From Trichormus sp. ATA11-4-KO1 (GTDB lineage Bacteria > Cyanobacteriota > Cyanobacteriia > Cyanobacteriales > Nostocaceae), in the NCBI GenBank assembly GCA_019358915.1, contig JAHHIM010000004.1:96001-160000 (forward strand): a DNA stretch of 64,000 bases, given 5' to 3'. Numbering within the stretch: the stretch's first letter is position 1; each line of letters opens with the position of its first letter. Shown piece after piece: positions 1 to 9,618 of this stretch. Both the position numbers and the translations under genes were made by a program. The notes beneath the pieces were generated by a model. The model searched no databases, was not told the origin of the DNA, and was given only the letters and a program-made list of their open reading frames with translations.

Positions 1-2
1 GA

Positions 3-413
3 GGCTTGCATGAATTTACATATACCTTGTATCCCCATGCTGGTAGCTGGGAATCAGCCCAAACTGTACGACATGGTTACGAGTTAAATATCCCATTACA
101 AGTAATAGTAAATCCCCTAACTACACAAAACTCAGCACACAGCTATCCCAAAAGTGTGAGTTTCCTAGATTTAGGTGCTGAAAATTTAATCTTAATGGCT
201 TGCAAACCAGCCGAAGATAACCCACAACAACTAATCCTCCGGTGTTACGAATGTCACGGGGAAACAGCCGAGTTATCTTTACACAGTGATTTAGGCATGA
301 AGTTAGGGGATACAGTAGATTTATTAGAGCGTGCCTCAACAACTACTGTATCCTCATCTCACAAAGCAACTATACAGCCTTGGAAAATCACCACATTCCA
401 GGTGTCACCATAA
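3..413 (+). CDS. alpha-mannosidase (GH38) C-terminal part, 5'-truncated by window edge
   Basis: GLHEFTYTLYPHAGSW...GYELN, LILMACKPAED, LILRCYECHG, DLLER, IQPWKITTF typical of GH38 C-terminal domain. Confidence 0.85.
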   Translation, partial: GLHEFTYTLYPHAGSWESAQTVRHGYELNIPLQVIVNPLTTQNSAHSYPKSVSFLDLGAENLILMACKPAEDNPQQLILRCYECHGETAELSLHSDLGMKLGDTVDLLERASTTTVSSSHKATIQPWKITTFQVSP

Positions 414-599
414 GAAGGGCAGAATTAGTTTTTGTTTGTTGTAAGTGTGGCTACCAAGTACCTGTTCGTGAAACGTTACGGTCGATACGGCAAAATCTGA
501 TAGTGGGTAGTGAGCCATGCGTGTCGAAAGGCTAGTGTAATCCTGCCCTGCTTGACGCTGAAGAATGCTAAGGTGATCAGTATCTAGTAAATATTTCAT
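405..599 (-). pseudogene. truncated PIN-domain (VapC-like) toxin
   Basis: MKYLLDTDHLS...STVTFHEQVLG is a PIN N-terminus; only 64 aa (PIN ~130-140 aa), loses similarity after SHTY and runs into the end of the mannosidase gene. Confidence 0.75.
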
Positions 600-811
600 G
601 ACTCGTCTTGCGTTTCGAGGATCGATTCATCGCCTTGACGAATTGCTCTACCATAAGCAAGTACCTCTTCAAAAGCAGGTTCATCTTTAAAAGACCCTGT
701 AATTTGTTGCAGCCAATTAGTTACTTGAGGAGTCGCAACTTGCTTTTGCAATTCAGCCATTGCAGCTTCTACTGCTGCAAGCCGTTCCTCTAAAGAAATA
801 TTGGTTGCCAT
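596..811 (-). CDS. putative antitoxin (small acidic protein upstream of PIN toxin)
   Basis: 71 aa, ATGA overlap with the PIN gene, NWLQQITGSFKDEPAFEEVLAYGRAIR motif of the kind found in PIN-associated antitoxins. Confidence 0.65.
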   Translation of the reverse strand: MATNISLEERLAAVEAAMAELQKQVATPQVTNWLQQITGSFKDEPAFEEVLAYGRAIRQGDESILETQDES

Positions 812-823
812 TTGAGTTTCCTC

Positions 824-1042
824 TTAATTAATTGCATCTAGCAGTTCAATTTTTATCCATTGTTCAGGAGATATGATAAAGCGACCATCACAAGTCATAC
901 CATACCAAAGACCGATCCCATAAGATCGAAAACTTGCTGTGTTCGCAGAAGTAAGCCCAAGAATAATATCCTTATTCTCAGGTAGTTGCTGATCGTCCAT
1001 AACGCAAATCGGTTTGTCTGCTGGAACGTTGAATTTGGACAT
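824..1042 (-). CDS. hypothetical protein
   Basis: 72-aa ATG ORF, co-oriented 12 bp upstream of the antitoxin; no recognisable motif. Confidence 0.4.
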   Translation of the reverse strand: MSKFNVPADKPICVMDDQQLPENKDIILGLTSANTASFRSYGIGLWYGMTCDGRFIISPEQWIKIELLDAIN

Positions 1043-1170
1043 GAGAAAATCTCAGTCAGCAACTATATAGCCTGAGAAAGTCACCACATTCCAGGTAATA
1101 CCAGAAACTAAATTTTAGGCTTAAGAGGATGGAGGAAGAAAGAAAAACTCTTTTTTCCCCACACTCTAAT

Positions 1171-1302
1171 CTAGTCTTCGTGGTCTTCAAACGGGTCTGC
1201 CAATTGCTTGCTGGGAGGACCAAAGGAAGTATAAATTGCAAAACCAGTGATGGCAACTAAGGCTGCGCCTACAGAAATACTAAGAACTATTGCGGGTTCC
1301 AT
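1171..1302 (-). CDS. psbN: photosystem II assembly protein PsbN (not in the ORF track)
   Basis: Manual translation MEPAIVLSISVGAALVAITGFAIYTSFGPPSKQLADPFEDHED*; divergent from psbH as usual. Confidence 0.97.
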   Translation of the reverse strand: MEPAIVLSISVGAALVAITGFAIYTSFGPPSKQLADPFEDHED

Positions 1303-1387
1303 AAATTAGGGATAAATTATGAGTGCTATTCTTATAGAATATTACAGAAGATTAAAAAAAGCTTTGGCAACTCATCTTAGGTGAATT

Positions 1388-1591
1388 ATGGCACAACGGA
1401 CTAGGTTGGGAGATATACTGAGGCCCCTAAACTCTGAGTATGGTAAGGTTGCTCCCGGTTGGGGCACGACCCCTGTAATGGGCGTTTTTATGGCTCTATT
1501 TTTCGTGTTTCTGCTAATTATTCTGCAACTTTACAATAAATCACTGATGATTCAGGATGTAATGGTTGATTGGCGGAGTTTGGGCGGCTAA
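1388..1591 (+). CDS. psbH: photosystem II protein PsbH
   Basis: [28 protein letters not shown] signature. Confidence 0.98.
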   Translation: MAQRTRLGDILRPLNSEYGKVAPGWGTTPVMGVFMALFFVFLLIILQLYNKSLMIQDVMVDWRSLGG

Positions 1592-1631
1592 CTGATACAT
1601 AGCTTTTAGCTTGTATAATCAGCGACCCTAT

Positions 1632-1654
1632 ACCCGGCTTGTCCGGGTTTTTTT
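1632..1654 (+). terminator. intrinsic terminator after psbH
   Basis: ACCCGG-cttgt-CCGGGT followed by T run. Confidence 0.7.
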
Positions 1655-1777
1655 ATGAGTTTTATACTGAAGACATTAGTCTCAAACAAGTAAGCATGGT
1701 ATAGATGGAAAGGGTTTTCATCCCTATTACCCATTGCTCTAGCTTTACCTGAATTGTCTGTTTATAGGAGAAACCGC

Positions 1778-2026
1778 ATGAATATATTTGGTATTGGTCT
1801 GCCGGAAATGGCTTTAATTATGGTGGTTGCACTGTTAATCTTTGGCCCAAAGAAGTTACCGGAGATTGGTCGTAGTGTCGGCAAAGCAGTTCGCGGTTTT
1901 CAAGAAGCTTCTAATGAATTTCAAAACGAGTTTAAGCGAGAAGCTGAACAAATAGAACAAGCTGTGAAAACTTCTGCCGAAATTGAACCCAAGCAAATCG
2001 AAGCAGCTAAATCTGAGCAGGTTTAG
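1778..2026 (+). CDS. tatA: twin-arginine translocase TatA/E subunit
   Basis: MNIFGIGLPE...LLIFGPKKLPEIGRSVGKAVRGF; AGGAG upstream of ATG 1778. Confidence 0.95.
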   Translation: MNIFGIGLPEMALIMVVALLIFGPKKLPEIGRSVGKAVRGFQEASNEFQNEFKREAEQIEQAVKTSAEIEPKQIEAAKSEQV

Positions 2027-2059
2027 AAAACTGCTGCGAATTGATTGATTGTGGCCAAA

Positions 2060-2692
2060 ATGACAGAAGCTGTGACAAAATCAGCTGTGGTGATTCCCCA
2101 ACTAATTGTCGGGTTAGGGAATCCAGAGCCTAAATACGACCAAACACGCCATAATATTGGCTTTGCTGCTGTAGATGCATTATCCCGTGCTTGGCAAATT
2201 CCCCTAGGGGAAAATCGTAAGTTTCAGGGGGAATATGGTGAGGGTATCGCCGCAGGTGGCAATAAAGTCCGCTTGCTCAAGCCTTTGACTTACATGAATC
2301 GCTCTGGACAGTCAATACAAGCAGTGACTAGTTGGTATAAATTGCTACCAGAGTCTGTGTTGGTGATTTATGACGACATGGATTTACCTTTGGGTAAGAC
2401 TCGTCTACGCTTGTCTGGTTCTGCTGGGGGACATAATGGAATGAAGAGTGCGATCGCTCATCTTAGCACCCAAAACTTCCCACGTTTGCGAATTGGCATT
2501 GGTAAACCAAAAGATACCACTAATGGCGAGAACTCCGAGTCTATCTCTCATGTTTTAGGAAGATTTTCTGCATCTGAAACTCAACTGATGTCTCTTGTAC
2601 TTCAGTTTGTAGTTGAGTGTGTAGAATTTAGTCTCAAACAGGGAGTAGAAAAGGCTATGAATCTTTGTAATAGCCGCAAAGATGAGGGCTGA
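2060..2692 (+). CDS. pth: peptidyl-tRNA hydrolase
   Basis: LIVGLGNP..Y..TRHNIGF, KPLTYMNRSG, GSAGGHNG, RLRIGIG; start codon uncertain (2045-2060). Confidence 0.97.
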   Translation: MTEAVTKSAVVIPQLIVGLGNPEPKYDQTRHNIGFAAVDALSRAWQIPLGENRKFQGEYGEGIAAGGNKVRLLKPLTYMNRSGQSIQAVTSWYKLLPESVLVIYDDMDLPLGKTRLRLSGSAGGHNGMKSAIAHLSTQNFPRLRIGIGKPKDTTNGENSESISHVLGRFSASETQLMSLVLQFVVECVEFSLKQGVEKAMNLCNSRKDEG

Positions 2693-2975
2693 GTGCTGAG
2701 TGCGCTTGCCTTGAGCGAAGTCGAAGGGGAGTGCTGAGTACAATATACTAGTTCTTAGTCTCAGCGCCTTTTTTCATTTATTCTAGTGTACACAGTTCGC
2801 CTATTCCTTTATGGACGGTTTTTTATATCAGTCCTATAAATCAACAAAGCAATACACCCGCACGCATGATGGCCGTACGGGTATATTACTAATTTTATGT
2901 AAGAATATAAGGCGACGTGCTATTGCTGGTTTCAGGTAATATCATAGAGCAATGCCAGTACCAACCCGAATAGGT

Positions 2976-3155
2976 TTATTTAAAACGTCGCTTGCGTCTA
3001 GCTGATACTGCCTTACGTTTGCGCTTTTCCAACGGTGTTTCAAAGTGCCGATGGTATTTCACGTCAGCTAATATACCAGCTTTAGAGACCTGGCGTTTAA
3101 ACCGACGCAAAGCTGAATCTATGCCTTCGTTTTCTCCTAGAACCACTTGGGTCAT
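2976..3155 (-). CDS. rpsU: 30S ribosomal protein S21 (paralog 1)
   Basis: [28 protein letters not shown]...[11 protein letters not shown], 59 aa. Confidence 0.96.
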   Translation of the reverse strand: MTQVVLGENEGIDSALRRFKRQVSKAGILADVKYHRHFETPLEKRKRKAVSARRKRRFK

Positions 3156-3529
3156 TCTTGCTGTTTCCTCATGATCAATTGTTTCCATTGTAATAGTAGC
3201 CTCAAACTTAACAAAACACCCCCAGGCTAAAGCCAGGATAAGAAGTGATTCATTCATTTAATGAGGCTGATTTGTGCTTCTGTTTAGGGCAATTAGCATT
3301 TAACTTCAAATTAACGCTAGTGCCTGAATGCACTTTGAGCGCAATAGAGAAGATGGGGAAATTATATCTTAAGTTTTATTGGCTGTACTACAGTCTTTAT
3401 GCGATTCAGTTAACGGTAGCGTCCAACCAAAAATTTGTATGCTTAACGGCACACTATCCGTTCCCACCTGGGACATATGTAACTTTAATTACTATAAAAT
3501 ATCAGCAAATATTCTCTTTTTCCGAGATT

Positions 3530-3874
3530 TTAAAAGTTGATTTTACCCTCATTTAATAATTTATATCCAGATATTAATGCGGCAAAAGCAACCAATAAAT
3601 TCCACAAGCTAGTTGACCTGAAAATTACGCCGCCACTTAAGAAAACTAATACTATTCCAATAGCTAATAAAATCCATCCCAAGTTGCTAGTTTCTTTACG
3701 AAAAAATAAGAGTGTAAAAACTCCTGCCATAATTGCTAAAACTGAAACGGTAGCAGGCAATCTGCGGTAAAAAAGACTATAATAGCCACTAACAAATATG
3801 ATGTTCTGAGTAAAAAAGTAGATGCCGATAAAAAGTAGGATTAAACCTATAAGTTTGGTCAACAGCCTGCCCAT
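3530..3874 (-). CDS. small membrane protein, ~4 TM helices
   Basis: 114-aa strongly hydrophobic ORF. Confidence 0.7.
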   Translation of the reverse strand: MGRLLTKLIGLILLFIGIYFFTQNIIFVSGYYSLFYRRLPATVSVLAIMAGVFTLLFFRKETSNLGWILLAIGIVLVFLSGGVIFRSTSLWNLLVAFAALISGYKLLNEGKINF

Positions 3875-4098
3875 AATTTTTTATTTTCTTAATTGGCTGA
3901 AACAAATTTAAACTTAATTATACCTAAATTTTTAAATTTATACTGAATTTAATATTAATTTTACTTAATTTAAAATAAGTAAATATACTACCTAAAAATA
4001 GGGATTGCCTAATATCAAGTCCGGTTAAAGACCTATCACTAAGGCAGTCCCGATGAAACGAATTTCACAACTAAGTAGAAACTGGAAACTGAGTTTTT

Positions 4099-4138
4099 AC
4101 TCAGCACTCAGCACTCAGCACTCAGCACTCAGCACTCA
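4099..4138. repeat. STRR heptamer array (ACTCAGC)x5
   Basis: Tandem ACTCAGC at the rsmI 3' end; typical of Nostocales. Confidence 0.9.
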
Positions 4139-4978
4139 TAAAGAAAGAGCTAATTGGTAAATTTGACGCCGGGGAAGAGAAGTTATTTTTGCTAATTGAC
4201 GGCTAGCTTGCGATCGCGATATTCCTTGAGAGATTAATTGTTGCAATTCGGCTTTGAGTTCGGCTTCGGAAAGTTGGAGTTGAGTGGCTGGAGTTCCTGC
4301 GACAACTAGCGTGTATTCACCTTGGGGTTCACGTTGGCTGTAATGAGCGATCGCCTCGGCAATCGTTCCCCGCCAAAATTCCTCGTAAAATTTAGTTAAC
4401 TCCCTTGCCAAGACAATTTGGCGATCGCTTCCCCACACTTGTGCTAAGTCTGGCAAAGTTTCTCGCAAGCGGTGCGGCGATTCATAGAAAATTAAAGTCC
4501 GGGATTCTGTTTGCAGAGATTCTAAATGTTCACGCCGTTTTTGGCCTTTGGCAGGTAGAAAGCCTTCAAAAACAAATCTGTCTGTTGGTAGTCCCGCAGC
4601 GCTTAAAGCCGTAATGGCAGCACTAGCACCAGGAATAGGAACTACTGTGATCCCAGCTTCAATACAGGCTTTGACCAATTCATAACCAGGATCAGAAATT
4701 CCTGGCATTCCCGCATCACTCACCAAAGCGATCGCCTGGCCGTTAACCAGATACTCTAACAATTCCGGGATACGACTAGTGCGATTGTGTTCGTGGTAAC
4801 TTAACTGGGGTGTTTTAATTTGAAAATGCTGTAACAGTCTACCTGTATGGCGGGTATCTTCCGCAGCAATCAGATTCACCGTTTGCAAAATTCGCACCGC
4901 CCGAAAGGTGATATCTTCCAGGTTGCCAATTGGTGTACCGACGACGTAAAGTGTTCCTGGTTTGGGATCAGTCTGCAT
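4136..4978 (-). CDS. rsmI: 16S rRNA (cytidine1402-2'-O)-methyltransferase
   Basis: LYVVGTPIGNLEDITFRA, AAEDTR, VSDAGMPGISDPG, ARELTK. Confidence 0.96.
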   Translation of the reverse strand: MQTDPKPGTLYVVGTPIGNLEDITFRAVRILQTVNLIAAEDTRHTGRLLQHFQIKTPQLSYHEHNRTSRIPELLEYLVNGQAIALVSDAGMPGISDPGYELVKACIEAGITVVPIPGASAAITALSAAGLPTDRFVFEGFLPAKGQKRREHLESLQTESRTLIFYESPHRLRETLPDLAQVWGSDRQIVLARELTKFYEEFWRGTIAEAIAHYSQREPQGEYTLVVAGTPATQLQLSEAELKAELQQLISQGISRSQASRQLAKITSLPRRQIYQLALSL

Positions 4979-5013
4979 GAGTGAGAAAATAGAAGCTAGG
5001 GAACAAGTTACTA

Positions 5014-5889
5014 ATGACTAATCTAAAATCCCTAGGTGGGTTATTTGTGGGTTTAGTCACCTTGGATTTAATCTACCTTGCTGATTCTGCCCCTAGGAAT
5101 AATCAGAAGATTGTCGCTGCTGACTATACTGTAGCAGCAGGCGGCCCGGCGACAAATGCGGCTGTAACTTTTAGTTATTTAGGTAATCAAGCTCAAGTCT
5201 TAGGTGTCATGGGTTCCCACCCTATAACCCAACTAATTCGGGGCGATTTGGCAAATTACCAAGTAGCGATCGCTGATCTTGAACCTAGTAATAGCAACCC
5301 ACCGCCTGTCTCTTCGATAATTATCACCCAAGCTACAGGTGAACGAGCGGTGGTTTCCATGAATGCTGTCAAAACTCAAGCCAGCAGTACATCTATCCCA
5401 CCCAATATTTTACAAAATATTGATATTGTGCTGATTGATGGTCATCAAATGACTGTTGGTAATGCGATCGCGCAAATAGCTAAATCCCAAAATATCCCTG
5501 TCGTTATTGATGGTGGTAGTTGGAAACCAGGATTTGAGCAAGTTTTGCCATTCGTTGATTATGCCGTTTGTTCTGCTAATTTTTATCCCCCCAACTGCCA
5601 CACTCAAGCCGAAGTGTTTAGCTACCTCAGTACATTTGACATTCCCCACATTGCCATTACCCACGGGGAAAAACCAATTGCATATTTGACTGAGAGCAAG
5701 ACTGGATCTGTAGATGTACCACAAATTCAGGCAGTTGATACACTTGGGGCTGGAGATATTTTTCACGGTGCATTCTGCCATTACATCTTACAGGGAAATT
5801 TTACTGATGCCCTCACACAGGCAGCTAATATCGCTGCTAATTCCTGTCAATTTTTGGGGACACGTCGCTGGTTGGAGAGTGTTGAGTAG
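5014..5889 (+). CDS. PfkB/ribokinase-family sugar kinase
   Basis: AGGPATNAA and DTLGAGDIFHGAF PfkB signatures. Confidence 0.92.
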   Translation: MTNLKSLGGLFVGLVTLDLIYLADSAPRNNQKIVAADYTVAAGGPATNAAVTFSYLGNQAQVLGVMGSHPITQLIRGDLANYQVAIADLEPSNSNPPPVSSIIITQATGERAVVSMNAVKTQASSTSIPPNILQNIDIVLIDGHQMTVGNAIAQIAKSQNIPVVIDGGSWKPGFEQVLPFVDYAVCSANFYPPNCHTQAEVFSYLSTFDIPHIAITHGEKPIAYLTESKTGSVDVPQIQAVDTLGAGDIFHGAFCHYILQGNFTDALTQAANIAANSCQFLGTRRWLESVE

Positions 5890-5921
5890 TTAGAGTTAGT
5901 TAAATAGACAAGGCTGAATTA

Positions 5922-6776
5922 ATGAAGGACTTACAAGAAATATTAGCGATCGCGCGTGAGGTGGGTTGGGGTGCATCAGATATACTACGTTCTTATTATC
6001 ACGAAACAGCAGCAGACTTTAACCTAGAGGTGCAATACAAACAGAATGAGCCTGTCACAGTTGCAGATGTAACTGTGAGTCAATTTATAGTGGAGAGACT
6101 ACAAGCAGCTTTAGGTAATGAAGATTTTGCCTATATTAGTGAAGAAACCTATAAATCACAACTAAGTAGGAAACCCCCCAGTTGGGTATGGATCATTGAC
6201 CCTTTAGATGGTACAAGAGACTTTATCGAAAAAACTGGGGACTATGCCATTCACATTGCTTTAGTGCAAGAAACCCGTCCAGTTTTAGCAGTAGTGGCGA
6301 TACCGGAAGCAGAAAAGTTGTATTTTGCTACCAAAGGCGGAGGTACATTTGTAGAAACCCGTAATGGATTTGTTCCCATACAAGTTTCATCTGGCAAACA
6401 CATCGAAGACTTAACCGTCGTTGTCAGTCGCTCTCACCGCCATGAATCGTTAAATTATTTATTACAAAACTTACCTTGTCAAAATCAGAAAACTATTGGC
6501 AGTGTAGGCTGTAAAATTGCTGCCATTCTTGAGCAACAGGCGGATATTTACGTTTCTCTTTCCGGCAAGTCTGCCCCTAAAGACTGGGATATAGCCGCCC
6601 CAGAGCTAATTTTAACAGAAGCTGGTGGTAAGTTTACTCACTTTGATGGTACTTTGTTGCATTACAACACCGATGATATCAATCAGTGGGGTGGTTTACT
6701 TGCTAGTAATGGTCAGTATCATGAGGTGATATGCAAAGAAGCAGAAAGGTTATTAGCACAGTTGGCTAGTGGCTAA
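5922..6776 (+). CDS. cysQ: 3'(2'),5'-bisphosphate nucleotidase CysQ / inositol monophosphatase family
   Basis: PVTVAD, ISEE, WIIDPLDGTRDF, SRSH, WDIAAP. Confidence 0.85.
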   Translation: MKDLQEILAIAREVGWGASDILRSYYHETAADFNLEVQYKQNEPVTVADVTVSQFIVERLQAALGNEDFAYISEETYKSQLSRKPPSWVWIIDPLDGTRDFIEKTGDYAIHIALVQETRPVLAVVAIPEAEKLYFATKGGGTFVETRNGFVPIQVSSGKHIEDLTVVVSRSHRHESLNYLLQNLPCQNQKTIGSVGCKIAAILEQQADIYVSLSGKSAPKDWDIAAPELILTEAGGKFTHFDGTLLHYNTDDINQWGGLLASNGQYHEVICKEAERLLAQLASG

Positions 6777-7075
6777 AATTAGGATTATTTATGGATGATA
6801 TTTTCATGTTTTTGCACCATCTAAATGTGTTAGTTAATACGTCATTTCCTAATTTAAATTAAGTAGGCGATCGCTTGTTGATACTCATTTATCTTCACAA
6901 ATTTCATGCATGAAAGAGCATATAAGCCTTGCCGTTATTAGCTTTGGTAACCTGCTCTCAAAGTTTTATTTTTTAAAGTGACGTCTTGTGAGACAATAGT
7001 TAAAGGCTGTGCTATATTTGTGGATATAAGGATTATTTTCGGTTGAGTAACTCGTTTTGGTTTCTAAAAAGCGTC

Positions 7076-7115
7076 TCTCCGAATTTAACTCTCTACACTT
7101 CTCTGAATTCGGAGA
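7076..7115 (+). promoter_or_regulatory. rbp 5'-UTR hairpin pairing over the Shine-Dalgarno sequence
   Basis: TCTCCGAATT (7076-7085) is complementary to AATTCGGAGA (7106-7115), which contains the GGAG SD; TTCGGAGA boxes are known from cyanobacterial rbp leaders. Confidence 0.7.
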
Positions 7116-7121
7116 CATTCT

Positions 7122-7451
7122 ATGTCAATTTATGTCGGGAATTTATCCTATCAGGTCACAGAAGAAGACCTGAAGAGGGCTTTTGCGGAATATGGGACAG
7201 TTAATCGTGTTCAGTTACCCACCGACCGGGAGACAGGTCGTCCCCGAGGCTTTGCCTTTGTAGAGATGGAAACAGACGCACAAGAAACTGCTGCCATCGA
7301 AGCACTTGATGGCGCAGAGTGGATGGGCCGTGATTTGAAAGTAAATAAAGCTAAACCCCGTGAGGAAAGAAGCTCTCCTCGCGGTGGAGGCTGGGGTGGC
7401 AACAACGCTCGCCGTGGTGGTGGCGGTGGCGGTGGCGGTGGTCGCTACTAA
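7122..7451 (+). CDS. rbp: RRM RNA-binding protein with Gly-rich tail (RbpA-type)
   Basis: MSIYVGNL (RNP2), RGFAFVEM (RNP1), poly-Gly C-terminus; upstream of rpsU. Confidence 0.96.
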   Translation: MSIYVGNLSYQVTEEDLKRAFAEYGTVNRVQLPTDRETGRPRGFAFVEMETDAQETAAIEALDGAEWMGRDLKVNKAKPREERSSPRGGGWGGNNARRGGGGGGGGGRY

Positions 7452-7574
7452 GCCTTGATCCAATTATTTAAAATCTAGAGTCTCCAGCAGATAAAGCCTA
7501 AAGCTTGACTCTGCTGGAATGTTTTGCATTTGCTCTAGATTTACAACAATTCATCCACATGAAGAGGAAGAAGA

Positions 7575-7769
7575 ATGACACAAGTAGTTTTGGGAGAGAA
7601 TGAAGGTATCGAGTCAGCTTTGCGAAGATTTAAACGCGAAGTTTCTAAAGCTGGAATTTTCCAAGATATGAGAAAAAAGCGTCACTTTGAGACGCCGTTA
7701 GAAAAGCAAAAGCGTAAAGCAGTTGCTAGGCACAAGCAAAGTCGTAGACATCGTTCTCGCTTCAGATAA
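7575..7769 (+). CDS. rpsU: 30S ribosomal protein S21 (paralog 2)
   Basis: [28 protein letters not shown]...HFETPLEK; rbp-rpsU arrangement. Confidence 0.96.
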   Translation: MTQVVLGENEGIESALRRFKREVSKAGIFQDMRKKRHFETPLEKQKRKAVARHKQSRRHRSRFR

Positions 7770-8028
7770 AACCCTAAGGGTAATTGCCTCTTCGACTGAG
7801 CATGGAAGCCGCGAAATAATTTAGACAGACGTAAATTAGTAACTATCTTAGTAGTAGCGTTATCTAGGAAAGACAGCGCTACTATAGAATCTATATTTAA
7901 ATTAAGTTAATTTTTTTTGAATGGTTTTTGCGGAACTAAAAGTGATCATAGATATATCTTCCTGTATACTCACAGGGTGTTGTGGATACTATTAGTCTGC
8001 GAATTCTGTTTCTGGATTATCAGGAAAA

Positions 8029-8790
8029 ATGTTGCGCGTTTATCATCTTTTTATCGGTGCTATTCTATTAGTTTTAATACCAGTGGGAGTAAAATCTTTT
8101 CTCCCTCCTTTTCATATTGAGCGGGAAGAAAAACCATTATCTGTCACAACGCCGACTCCCAGCGCGTCTGATCAAACCGCTCCTTCAACAACTCCTAAGC
8201 CGATAGCAGGAAATATTTGGCAGAGAATCTTGGGAAACACTCCTACCCCAAACGGTTGGCAAGTGTCTCCTTGTGAGGGAAATGCTCCCTTATTGTGTGT
8301 CTCTTCCCAAGGAGAGCTTTTGGGTACGGTCGAAATTGGGGTTTACCCAGTAAAAAACAATCCAGATTTCCAAAAAAATTTAATAGCTGCGGGAATTCCA
8401 CTTGGTTCCAAAGTGGAATCTAAGAACCCTGAATACCAAAATCAGGTATTGACAGCACTCAGTAGTTGGGTCGCAGACTTCGACACTGCTTTAGCAAAAG
8501 ACCGTCAGGGTAAGTATAAAAACAAAATTAGTTTCTCAGCCTATCCACCGCAACAAGTATCAATTGGTCAGCTTCAGGGAATGCGCTACGGCTTTGTAGG
8601 CATCAAGCAAGAAGGTGGAGTACAAGAACAACATATCAGTCATGTTGCCTTCGATGGTACTACTCTTTACATAATTACTACAGCTTTTGAACCAGGCTCC
8701 ATCACAGGTAAATTCGAGAAACTGGAAAATTTAGCAATTTTTCAACCTTACTTGTCAGCGATCGTCGCTGATTTGCGTTTGCCTATGTAA
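8029..8790 (+). CDS. hypothetical exported/membrane-anchored protein
   Basis: N-terminal hydrophobic segment, Pro/Thr linker, 253-aa ORF; TTG start. Confidence 0.7.
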   Translation: MLRVYHLFIGAILLVLIPVGVKSFLPPFHIEREEKPLSVTTPTPSASDQTAPSTTPKPIAGNIWQRILGNTPTPNGWQVSPCEGNAPLLCVSSQGELLGTVEIGVYPVKNNPDFQKNLIAAGIPLGSKVESKNPEYQNQVLTALSSWVADFDTALAKDRQGKYKNKISFSAYPPQQVSIGQLQGMRYGFVGIKQEGGVQEQHISHVAFDGTTLYIITTAFEPGSITGKFEKLENLAIFQPYLSAIVADLRLPM

Positions 8791-9618
8791 GGGTAATATC
8801 CCAAACCCCATTAGCTTAAGGTACTGGCAGCATCCAGGTTTCTGGCTGCTGACTAAACATGCTGCTTTCTTCAACCTGGGCATATGGCAATGGTCGCTTC
8901 AGGAGTTAGTTACATCTGCTTTGCTCCTGAAGCCCCTTCAAAGTAATTTTACTGAGACACTTACACTAACATTTATTTGTTTCCATCCACATTTAGGATG
9001 ATATTAGCTTTCTTTTAGCATCTTTTTTAACTGCTGTATAATTTATTGCTTTAGGTTATTGCTTAAATTTACATCTGCTGTTGGGTAGAAAAATAGCTTA
9101 AATATTGGCTTGTTCGCATTTTTTCTTTTAAATTGCTCGAGAAGAAATACCCTAGTAACATTGAATATATCATGGATTCATGATATTTAAGAGAAATTAC
9201 GTAAAATTAAAGTGATTTAAAGTACAAAATTTATTATCCGATAGCATCATATAGTAGGTTGATCAAATCTTTTCCTAAGTTTATTTGGAACTAAACTATA
9301 TAATTTTTGAAATAAACGATACTAAGTATTCATACCAAAATATACTGATACTTTTCTACGTATATACTTTAAAACAAGTAATTTCTACAACCAAGTATCT
9401 AGCTAAGTTAATTTTTATTTATAATTCCGTAAATGTACGGATATATTTTTTAATATTTTTATTAAAAAATACTTAAGAAGGTAAAGTTTCAGTTATTTAG
9501 TCTCTGTTTGACAGAGTATTTATATTGAGAATTAATATCTCAAATGCCAACAGTACTATATTTTAGTCACTGTCGGCAAGTTAATCGATTTAGTAAATTT
9601 TGGAATTCGATAGGATTT

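Noticed and set aside
1056..1256. 66-aa ORF from the track
   Set aside because: Alternative-frame shadow overlapping the real psbN (1171-1302).
3250..3480. Decayed rbp gene upstream of rpsU paralog 1 (AL-x9-LKLN spacing like RRM ALDGAEWMGRDLKVN)
   Set aside because: Only a few residues match and no RNP1/RNP2 is recoverable; compatible with chance.
9285..9476. 63-aa ORF upstream of the terpene cyclase
   Set aside because: TTG start and an I/F/Y/K/N-rich composition typical of spurious ORFs in AT-rich DNA.
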